Below, one piece after another: positions 57,070 to 64,000 of a DNA stretch of 64,000 nucleotides. The stretch comes from Terriglobia bacterium (GTDB lineage Bacteria > Acidobacteriota > Terriglobia > Bryobacterales > Bryobacteraceae). How positions within the stretch are numbered: the stretch's first letter is position 1; every line of letters begins with the position of its first letter. The stretch lies in NCBI GenBank assembly GCA_963815855.1, contig CAWFIJ010000017.1, positions 13,416 to 77,415 on the forward strand, in the 5' to 3' direction. A program made the translations under genes and the position numbers. A model generated the notes under the pieces. The model was not told where the DNA came from. It did not search any database and saw only the letters and a program-made list of their open reading frames with translations.

Positions 57070-58623
57070 ATGAACCGACCGCTTCGCCTGGGTATCTTTA
57101 TCGCCTTCGCTCTTGCTGCCGCCTCCGGGGCAATTTTCCTGATCGGAGACAAGAGCTTACTGTTCACCCACACCTACCGGCTCTACGCCAATTTCACCGA
57201 CGTCGCCGGCCTGCAGGGCGGCGCGCAGGTCCAGGTCGCCGGAATCCAGGAAGGCGCCGTGAGGCGCATCTATTTGCCGTCCAGCCCCGGCCAGCCCGTA
57301 CGCGTGGAAATGAAGCTGAAAGATTCCACCCAACGCGTGGTCAAGCAGGATTCCCGGGCCTCCATCCAAACCCAGGGTCTGGTTGGGGATCAGTTCATCA
57401 CAATCTCGATCGGCTCCCCCAAGTCCCCGCCCGTGCGCAATGGCGATACCATCCAGGGCCAGACGACGCCGCAGGTTGGCGACCTCGTCACCAAGGCGCA
57501 AACCGTTATGGATAACGCCAACCGCCTGATCGGCTCCATGAACGGCGCGGTGGGCAACATCTCCAAGGCCGCCGGCAATCTGGATTCGATCACCGGAAAA
57601 ATCGACAAGGGCCAGGGCTCGCTCGGCGCGCTCGTCAATAATCCCGCGCTATTCAACCATTTCGACCAGGCCGCCGGGAATCTGGCCGCCGTCACCGGGA
57701 AAATCAACAGCGGCCAAGGCTCGCTGGGCGCCCTCATCAACAATCCTTCGGTATACCAGCACTTCGACCAGGCCGCCGGCAACCTCGCTGCCATCACCGG
57801 GAAACTGAACAGCGGCCAGGGCTCGCTGGGCGCGCTGTTGACCGATCCTTCCGCCTACCAGAATTTCAGCGCGGCGGCGGGCAACCTGGCCGCCGTCACC
57901 GGGAAACTGAATAGCGGCCAGGGCTCGTTGGGCGCGCTTATCAACGATCCTTCCGCGTACCAGAACTTCAACGCGGCAGCGGCCAACCTGAACGCGATCA
58001 CGGGGAAAATCAATTCCGGCCAGGGGTCGATAGGACAGATGATCAATAATCCCAGCGCGTACGAAAACCTGAACCGCACCGCCGAAAACTTTCAGGATAC
58101 AAGTGAGGCGCTCAAGCATAATTTCCTGGTGCGCGGCTACTTCAGGAAGCACGGGTATGAAGACGAATCGGAACTCAGCCAGTACGAGATTGCCGGGCTT
58201 CCGGCCGGAGCGCCGGCGCGTCGCTTCAACATCCCCGCCTCCCGGCTCTTCAAAGGCAACAACACAGCCGCGGTCAAGAACGGCAAAGTGTTGGACGGGG
58301 TAGGCGCTTACTTACAATCGCATCCGTTCTCTATGGTGGTGGTGCAGGCTGAAGCCGGCATGCTAGGCGATACGGACACACAGCGCAAGCTAACGGAAGC
58401 CCGGGCATACGCCGTCCGCGAATGGCTGGTGAATCATTTTCCGGTGGACGATACGCGGATCAAGATGATCGGCCGAGGCAAAACTCCGGACGTTCCGCCT
58501 ACCGGCGCGGTCTCCATCCTCGTCTACACCAATGCCGCCGCGCCCGCCACCGGCGTGGCCGACCGCAGCGCCAAGAACCCGGCTGCTCCGGCGCCTGCCG
58601 CGTCCGACCCACACAAGCACTAG
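57070..58623 (+). CDS. mlaD: MlaD/MCE-domain protein with five 34-aa tandem repeats and an OmpA-like C-terminal domain
   Basis: Intact 517 aa. N-terminal TM segment. MCE core (YRLYANFTDVAGLQGGAQVQVAGIQEGAV...). Repeats at aa 167-336. C-terminus GDTDTQRKLTEARAYAVREWLVNH...IKMIGRGKT. Confidence 0.8.
   Translation: MNRPLRLGIFIAFALAAASGAIFLIGDKSLLFTHTYRLYANFTDVAGLQGGAQVQVAGIQEGAVRRIYLPSSPGQPVRVEMKLKDSTQRVVKQDSRASIQTQGLVGDQFITISIGSPKSPPVRNGDTIQGQTTPQVGDLVTKAQTVMDNANRLIGSMNGAVGNISKAAGNLDSITGKIDKGQGSLGALVNNPALFNHFDQAAGNLAAVTGKINSGQGSLGALINNPSVYQHFDQAAGNLAAITGKLNSGQGSLGALLTDPSAYQNFSAAAGNLAAVTGKLNSGQGSLGALINDPSAYQNFNAAAANLNAITGKINSGQGSIGQMINNPSAYENLNRTAENFQDTSEALKHNFLVRGYFRKHGYEDESELSQYEIAGLPAGAPARRFNIPASRLFKGNNTAAVKNGKVLDGVGAYLQSHPFSMVVVQAEAGMLGDTDTQRKLTEARAYAVREWLVNHFPVDDTRIKMIGRGKTPDVPPTGAVSILVYTNAAAPATGVADRSAKNPAAPAPAASDPHKH
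57568..58077 (+). repeat. Five tandem 102-bp (34-codon) coding repeats
   Basis: Unit AAGNLAAVTGK[IL]NSGQGSLGALINNPSAYQNF[DNS]x starts at aa 167, 201, 235, 269 and 303 of the mlaD-like ORF. The DNA copies are visibly similar. Confidence 0.85.
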
Positions 58624-58632
58624 TGAGACACC

Positions 58633-58731
58633 CCGTAGCGCAAGCTTTCAGCTTGCCATGCCGGCATACGCCGCCCCAAGCAGTATGCCGGCTTGAAAGC
58701 CGGCATGGCCGCCCTGGAGGGCGGCTCTACG
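58633..58731. repeat. REP1 composite palindromic repeat
   Basis: CCGTAGC-GCAAGC/TTTCA/GCTTGC-CATGCCGGCAT ... ATGCCGGC/TTGAAA/GCCGGCAT-GGCCGCCC/TGGA/GGGCGGC-TCTACG. Confidence 0.75.
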
Positions 58732-58761
58732 CAAGGCATGAGCGCGATTATTCCGCTGCAA

Positions 58762-58785
58762 CGCTCCCTTACGGTCGCGGCTCCG
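58762..58785. repeat. REP2 single arm
   Basis: CGCTCCCTTACGGTCGCGGCTCCG. Confidence 0.6.
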
Positions 58786-58821
58786 CATGAAGCCGCACAC
58801 TGAGCCGCCCGAGGCCTTCGC

Positions 58822-59850
58822 CTACGGCTGGTGGTGGCTCTGCTGGTAGTGCTCCTGCAGCAGATCCTCGCCCCAATCCCCATTGAAGTCGCGCCACACC
58901 GAGTGGATGTGGTTGGCGTGGTCCTGGGTGTCGTCGAACTCGATGAGGAAGGCCGAGGTCTGCACGCGGTAATAATGCGGCTCGCCGGGGTCGATTCCGC
59001 CGGACCAGGCGAAATAAATGTTCTTTCCCGCCTGGCGGACCTGCTCCTCGCGCGCCTGCTGCAATTGTCCCGGCACGTTGTCGGCGTACTCGTCTACGAG
59101 CGCGCGCAGTTTTTCGAACTGCTGCGAGGTCATTTTGGACGCCGGCAGGCCGGAAGGCCGGCCTTCCAGCGCCGCCTTGCGGGTGTTGGTGGTCAGGATA
59201 TCGGCCGGCGCTTTCGCCTCCACGATGGCAACTTTGCGCTGCTCCGGATCGAGCGAGCTCACCAGGTCGCGGCCCAGGTCCTCTTCCGCCGCCAGCACGC
59301 GCAGCCCCGCCCGCGGCCCTTGCTTCACTTCCGCCGGATTGGAGCCGAAGAAGCTTGGCGCATCCACCACCCTGCCGTTCACCACCGTGTAGTTCTGGCT
59401 GAGGTGGTGACCGTCGATGCGGTAACCCCAGGGCTGTGTGTCGGAGGGTTCGCCGAAGATCGAGAAGTAATATTTCTCCGGGTTGCGGTACTCTGTGCTG
59501 GCCTTCTCCATCACCAGCAGCACCTGTTCCAGGCTCATGATGGTCATAGCCTTGATGTAGCCGGTCTGGCTGAGGCCGGCCGCCAGAAGAGCGCTCGCCA
59601 GGCGCTGCTGATAGGCCGACATTTCCCGCAGCGCCAGGCCCTTGCGCGGCACCGGGGTGTAGAACCAGCGGTAACGCTCGGCGTCGTTCAGCGGGAACAT
59701 GGCCACGGCTTTCTGTTCCGGCGTGAGGGAGGAAAGAAACTGCTTCGCCGCTGTCGTCATGAGCGAAGCGGAATTGGTCCGGTCATAAGCGGCGGTCAGC
59801 AACAGCGCCCCCACCGCAATTGCACCCAGGCGTGGCAGCATCGCATTCAT
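58822..59850 (-). CDS. DUF3500 domain-containing protein
   Basis: Intact 342 aa. Signal peptide, then ERYRWFYTPVPRKGL, GYRIDGHHLSQNYTVV, HYYRVQTSAFLIEFDDTQDHANHIHSVWRD. Confidence 0.8.
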   Translation of the reverse strand: MNAMLPRLGAIAVGALLLTAAYDRTNSASLMTTAAKQFLSSLTPEQKAVAMFPLNDAERYRWFYTPVPRKGLALREMSAYQQRLASALLAAGLSQTGYIKAMTIMSLEQVLLVMEKASTEYRNPEKYYFSIFGEPSDTQPWGYRIDGHHLSQNYTVVNGRVVDAPSFFGSNPAEVKQGPRAGLRVLAAEEDLGRDLVSSLDPEQRKVAIVEAKAPADILTTNTRKAALEGRPSGLPASKMTSQQFEKLRALVDEYADNVPGQLQQAREEQVRQAGKNIYFAWSGGIDPGEPHYYRVQTSAFLIEFDDTQDHANHIHSVWRDFNGDWGEDLLQEHYQQSHHQP

Positions 59851-59906
59851 GGCTGCCCATCATATCAAAAGCGGGGCAGGCGCAACCGCATGCCCCACCA
59901 CTCCAA

Positions 59907-61254
59907 TCAGCCGGGCAGCCGGAACCGCGCCACGCATCCGGCGGCGTCGCGCCGGTTTTCCAGGGTCAGCGCACCGCCGTGACCCTCCGCAATCTGCCGG
60001 CTCAGCACCAGGCCGATGCCCGATCCACCCGGCTTGGTGGTGAAAAAAGGCACAAACAGGTTGGACGTGCTGGAGATGCCGGGTCCCGAATCCTGCACCC
60101 AGACCTCCAGCATGGTGCCGTCCCGCCGCCAGCCGATCCGGACGCCGGGGCTGGAGCGCTCCGCCCCGCCGGCCAGCGTGGCATCGGCCGCGTTGCGCAG
60201 AAGATTGATCAGCACCTGCTCCAACTGGTCCGGATCGCCCTGCACTACCGCGGCCGGTCCGCCCGCCACTTCCACCGGGATCCGCCGTTCCACGCTCACG
60301 GCACGCGCGACGCAGGCGGCGACATCGAGCGGCTGCAGTTGCGGCCGCGGCAGCTTGGCCAGGCGCGCGTATGCTCCGATGAACCGGCTCAAACTGTCCG
60401 GCGCGGCCGGTGATGACTTCGAGGCCGCGCAGCGTGTCCACGCGCCAGTCCTCAGGCAGCGGCTCGCGACCGAGCAGGCTGGCCAGGCTTCCGGCAATCG
60501 ATTTGATGGGCGCCAGCGAATTGTTTAGCTCGTGCCCGAGCACGCGCACCAGGCGCTGCCACGCCTGCAACTCCTGCTCGCTCAGGGCCTGGGTCAAATC
60601 CGAAATCACCACCAGCTCCAGCGGCAGCCCACGCTCGCGGATGCGCGTGCGCCGCACTCCCCAGCGCCCGGCGCCGCCCGGGAAGGCCTTCTGGATGGTG
60701 CTCTGGGCAGCGCCCTCCAGGCAGTGCTCCAGTTCCAGCGCCACCGCCGTCCGCCCCAGCAGTTGCTCCGCCGGCGCCGCCAGCAGCCGCTCTCCGGCGC
60801 GGTTCACCAGGCGCAGGCGCCGGTGCTCGTCGAAGGCGAAGACCGCGACGTCGATTTCGCGCATCACCGCCCGCACCAGCAGGCCGGCTTCTTCCGCCCC
60901 CAACCGCTGTTCCTGCAGGGTGCTGCCCAGCAGGTTGACTTCGCGCATCACCCCGCCCAGGGCGTCGTCCGGGCGCGGCGCCCGGCCGCGGATGGAAAAA
61001 TCTCCCTCGCGCAGCGCGCCCAGCAGGTTCGCCACGGTCTGCAGCGAATACACCACGCGCTCGCGCACCGCCAGCACGCAGCCGATCCACACCACCAGAA
61101 CGACGCCCGTTACCGCCCACTCCACGCGGCCGGAAAAATTTCCCGACCAGACCAGCCACAGCGCCACCGCCGACCCCGGCAGTCCCGCCGCCAGAGCCAG
61201 CAGCACAATCCGGCCTTCGTGGCTGACGCGCGCGATTTTTTCATCCGGCCGCAT
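59907..61254 (-). pseudogene. Sensor histidine kinase (TM-HAMP-PAS-HisKA-HATPase), one frame change
   Basis: ORF 59860..61254 has two TM segments, LGALREGDFSIRG (HAMP) and the H-box LGHELNNSLAPIKS. ORF 59907..60497 has the N-box INLLRNAADA and the G-boxes DSGPGI and GGSGIGLVLSRQI. Confidence 0.8.
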
Positions 61255-61330
61255 GGGGCGATTCCGTGTCGAAAATGGCCGCCAGTCCGAACGCCTGTCC
61301 TGGCGTCCCGTTCCGAAACAGGTCCCACCG

Positions 61331-61352
61331 CACCCTTACGGTCGCGGCTCTG
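61331..61352. repeat. REP2 single arm
   Basis: CACCCTTACGGTCGCGGCTCTG, between the HK start and the response-regulator stop. Confidence 0.55.
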
Positions 61353-61376
61353 AACGGAAGCGGTTTACCAGGCACG

Positions 61377-62753
61377 CTACAGCCCGTATCTCTGCAGGCG
61401 CCGGTACAGGGCGCTGCGGCTCAAGCCCAGGGCGTTGGCCGCATGGCTCACATTGCCGTCGAAGCGCGCCAGGGCTTTCTTGATCAGCAGCGCTTCCACA
61501 TCCTCCAGGCTCATCTCTTCCAGGCGCGGCGGTCCCTCGCGGCCGGTGCGCAGCCCCAGGTCGACCGCGCGAATGGTTTCGACCTGCGCCATCAGCACCG
61601 CGCGCTCCACGGCGTGGTCCAGTTCCCGCACGTTGCCGGGCCAGGTGTGGGCCAGCAGCGCCTTCATGGCGCCCTCCTCGAATCCGTGGATCGCCTTGCG
61701 GTAATGCTCCGCGTGCTGGCGCAGAAAATGCGCGGCCAGCAGCGGGATGTCCTCGCGCCGCTCGCGCAGCGCGGGCAGGTGAATCTCGATGGTGTTCAGC
61801 CGGAACAGCAGATCCTGGCGGAAGCGGCCCTCCGCCACGGCCGTGTGCAAATCGGCGTTGGTGGCCGAGAAGATGCGCACATCCACGCGCCGCGTTTTGG
61901 ACGAGCCGACGCGCTCGAATTCGCCGGTTTCGATGGTGCGCAGCAGCTTGGCCTGCAGGTTGAGCGAGAGGTTGGCGATTTCGTCCAGGAACAGGGTTCC
62001 GCCCTCGGCCATCTCGAAGCGGCCGACGCGGTCGCTCCTGGCGTCGGTGAAGGCGCCCTTCACGTGCCCGAATAGCTCGCTTTCGAAGATTCCTTCGGCC
62101 AGCCCGCCGGTATTCACCGTGACCAGCGGCCGGGTGGAGCGCCGCGAAACCGAGTGCAGGGTCTGCGCCACCAGCCCCTTGCCGGTTCCGTTCTCGCCCG
62201 TGATGACCACGTTGGCGTCGGACGGGCCGATGCGCGAAATCACCTCCAGCACCGGGCGCATGGCCGCCGATTCCGCGATCAGCTGCGGGAAGCGCTCAGC
62301 CCGCAGCGCCCGATTCTCCGCCTCCAGGCGCATGCCCACTTTGAGCGCGCGGCCGAGCTCGATCTGGGTCTTGAGGATGGCCGCCAGGCGCGCGTTCTCC
62401 CACGGCTTCTGGATGAAGTCGCGCGCCCCGCGCCGCATCGCTTCCACTGCCAGTTCCACCGAACCCCAGGCCGTCATCACGATCACCGGCAGGGTGGCGT
62501 CGAGCGCCTGGATGCGGTTCAGCAGGTCCAGCCCCTCTTCGCCCGAAGTGGTGTCGCGCGTATAGTTGAGGTCCATCAGCACGGCGTCGAAATCACGCGA
62601 TTCCACCGCCTCGACGGCCGCAGCGGGCGAGTTCACGGCCTCGGCCTGATAACCCTCTCCCTTGACCAGGAGGCGCAGGGCCTCCAGCACGTCGGGCTGG
62701 TCGTCGGCAATCAGAATGGTAGGAGCGCGCATCGAAGCATTATCGTAGCGCAC
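61377..62753 (-). CDS. Sigma-54-dependent Fis-family response regulator (REC-AAA+-HTH)
   Basis: Intact 458 aa. ILIADDQPDVLEAL...DLNY (REC), GENGTGKG (Walker A), KGAFTDA (GAFTGA variant), LFLDEI, ELDHAVERA, C-terminal HAANALGLSRSALYRRL. The start is possibly M8 (62732). Confidence 0.9.
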   Translation of the reverse strand: MRYDNASMRAPTILIADDQPDVLEALRLLVKGEGYQAEAVNSPAAAVEAVESRDFDAVLMDLNYTRDTTSGEEGLDLLNRIQALDATLPVIVMTAWGSVELAVEAMRRGARDFIQKPWENARLAAILKTQIELGRALKVGMRLEAENRALRAERFPQLIAESAAMRPVLEVISRIGPSDANVVITGENGTGKGLVAQTLHSVSRRSTRPLVTVNTGGLAEGIFESELFGHVKGAFTDARSDRVGRFEMAEGGTLFLDEIANLSLNLQAKLLRTIETGEFERVGSSKTRRVDVRIFSATNADLHTAVAEGRFRQDLLFRLNTIEIHLPALRERREDIPLLAAHFLRQHAEHYRKAIHGFEEGAMKALLAHTWPGNVRELDHAVERAVLMAQVETIRAVDLGLRTGREGPPRLEEMSLEDVEALLIKKALARFDGNVSHAANALGLSRSALYRRLQRYGL

Positions 62754-62802
62754 GACACGTCTGGATTCGGCGGCCCGCGGGAAGCGGCCGGGCGTGCCCG
62801 GC

Positions 62803-63108
62803 CTACGACGCGGCTTTGTAAGGACCGGCCATGGCCAGCCCAGGCGCCCCCTGCAAACCGCTCCGGCGCAAATACTCGATCAGGACGAGCATCTTGTGGC
62901 TGCGGTCCGGCACGCGGCGCATGCGAATCTCTCCGGCGCCGGGCGGCGCCCACATCTGCGCGTGCACGATGGACGCGCCCAGGAACTCGGCGATGAATTG
63001 CATTTCGTCGGCGGAAAGACCATCGAGGAACCGGCGCGCTTCCGGACGGAAAGCACCATGGGCGCAGTCCGCCAGCGCTGCCACCAATTCGCGACGTCGG
63101 TCAAGCAT
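62803..63108 (-). CDS. Hypothetical protein
   Basis: 101-aa ORF upstream of, and co-directional with, the response regulator. No recognisable motif. Confidence 0.35.
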   Translation of the reverse strand: MLDRRRELVAALADCAHGAFRPEARRFLDGLSADEMQFIAEFLGASIVHAQMWAPPGAGEIRMRRVPDRSHKMLVLIEYLRRSGLQGAPGLAMAGPYKAAS

Positions 63109-63166
63109 ATGATTCCGCTGGTCCTGAGCCGTATTATGGCGAAAAGCCCCGCCCCGTGCAAGCGCC

Positions 63167-63316
63167 TCAGATCCGGCCCATCAACAGAAGAATCACGATG
63201 ATCAGCACCACCAGGCTGATGCCCCCGCTCGGATAGTATCCCCATCCGCGGCTGTAAGGCCAGGCCGGAACCGTGGCAAACAGCAGGACGATCAGAATCA
63301 GCAACAGCAGAAGCAT
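63167..63316 (-). CDS. DUF3309-like small membrane protein
   Basis: MLLLLLILIVLLFATVPAWPYSRGWGYYPSGGISLVVLIIVILLLMGRI, an internal start in ORF 63167..63367. Two TM helices around a W/Y/G-rich turn. Confidence 0.6.
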   Translation of the reverse strand: MLLLLLILIVLLFATVPAWPYSRGWGYYPSGGISLVVLIIVILLLMGRI

Positions 63317-63391
63317 GGATGCACCCCCATGCCCGGTCCGAGCAGGTACGGACCCGTTGTGCGACAAACCACCGTGGGGCAGGCGGCCGGC

Positions 63392-64000
63392 TTACTCCGC
63401 TTGCGCCGCCGGCTGCAGCAGGCGCCGCGCGGCCAGGCGGCCCAGCACGGTGAGGGCGGAAAGGATGGGCGATTGCAAAGCGCTGGTCTCATGCCCGCGC
63501 CGGCTGGTTTTTTCACCGCCGGAGGGCAGCAGCCAGGCGTCCACCAGGCTCATCAGCTCGGAGCTGAGCCCCGGAAAGAGGCCATGAAAGGCGGCCAGCA
63601 GGTTGGCCTGCGTGGTCAGGATCTTCTCCGCGCGGTTGTGCCGGGTGGCGGCGACAACCTGGCGCGCGGCGCGCTCCGCGCTCATGCTCACCCCGGGCAG
63701 CGTGGCGCCCAGGCTGAACCAGACCGATTCCCGATCCGGCGCCCCTTTGAACCGCGCGTTCAGGTGCGAGCCGGTGCGCATCAGCCCGGGTGCGATGGTG
63801 ATCACCCCTACCCCGCTGCCCGCCAATTCCGCGCGCAGCCCTTCGGAGAAGCCGACCGCCGCGAATTTGGCGCATCCATAGGGCAGCAGGTGCGGCACCG
63901 CCACCTTGCCGCCGATGGAAGTGATGTTCACGATGCGCCCGCTGCCCTGCCCCCGGAAATGCGGCAGCAGCGTCATGGTGGGATAGACGGCGCCCCAGAA
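63392..64000 (-). CDS. SDR-family oxidoreductase (5' end beyond the window)
   Basis: NITSIGGKVAVPHLLPYGCAKFAAVGFSEGLRAEL gives the YxxxK active site. The frame stays open to the window edge. Confidence 0.7.
   Translation of the reverse strand, partial: FWGAVYPTMTLLPHFRGQGSGRIVNITSIGGKVAVPHLLPYGCAKFAAVGFSEGLRAELAGSGVGVITIAPGLMRTGSHLNARFKGAPDRESVWFSLGATLPGVSMSAERAARQVVAATRHNRAEKILTTQANLLAAFHGLFPGLSSELMSLVDAWLLPSGGEKTSRRGHETSALQSPILSALTVLGRLAARRLLQPAAQAE

Noticed and set aside
57568-58077. A tandem repeat array that could be mistaken for a CRISPR-like or minisatellite locus.
   Set aside because: The units are contiguous with no spacers, keep an exact 102-bp (34-codon) period, and lie in-frame within an intact MCE-protein ORF. 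They are coding repeats. No CRISPR array or cas gene is seen anywhere in the window.
59851-63400. A sigma-54 promoter (TGGCAC-N5-TTGC) near the sigma54-dependent response regulator and histidine kinase. The rest of the window was also scanned by eye.
   Set aside because: The TGGCAC/GTGCCA occurrences I found (for example near 3351, 36170, 36183, 55173, 26590, 33735, 40335 and 40725) lack a properly spaced TTGC/GCAA element. No credible -24/-12 promoter can be supported by eye.

Overview
High-GC bacterial chromosomal segment. Gene content and the intergenic repeat families look Acidobacteria-like (Solibacter/Bryobacter type), but this is inference because no search was run. I read about 58 protein genes plus one tRNA-His(GUG).

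Most of the window is housekeeping or ordinary metabolism:
- a cysD-cysN-cysH-tauE sulfate (APS) assimilation operon
- dapF, a nucleotide-sugar dehydrogenase, folK-recQ, recX
- an FAH-family hydratase plus aldehyde dehydrogenase pair
- a TPM / nucleotidyltransferase / LemA trio
- a PQQ dehydrogenase, fabG, ubiD, alaS, a ypdA-like reductase, anmK, mutS, gdh, tam
- an mlaEFD-like system and an HK/sigma54-type response regulator pair

Four things stand out:
1. A tightly coupled 5-gene cassette at 27150-33061 on the minus strand: FkbH-like loader fused to a PCP, two paralogous GT4 glycosyltransferases, a type-II thioesterase and an Sfp-type PPTase. No KS, C or A domains are present. This is my best candidate for an undescribed system.
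2. At least four families of structured palindromic intergenic repeats, including telomere-like G-rich inverted repeats that bracket two divergent promoter regions.
3. Two small AT-rich regulatory islands carrying helically phased short repeats.
4. About half of the genes can only be read by hopping between frames, while other long genes are intact. This most likely reflects assembly indels.

No CRISPR array, transposase, integrase or rRNA was seen. Boundaries of frame-interrupted genes are approximate to within a few nt to tens of nt.
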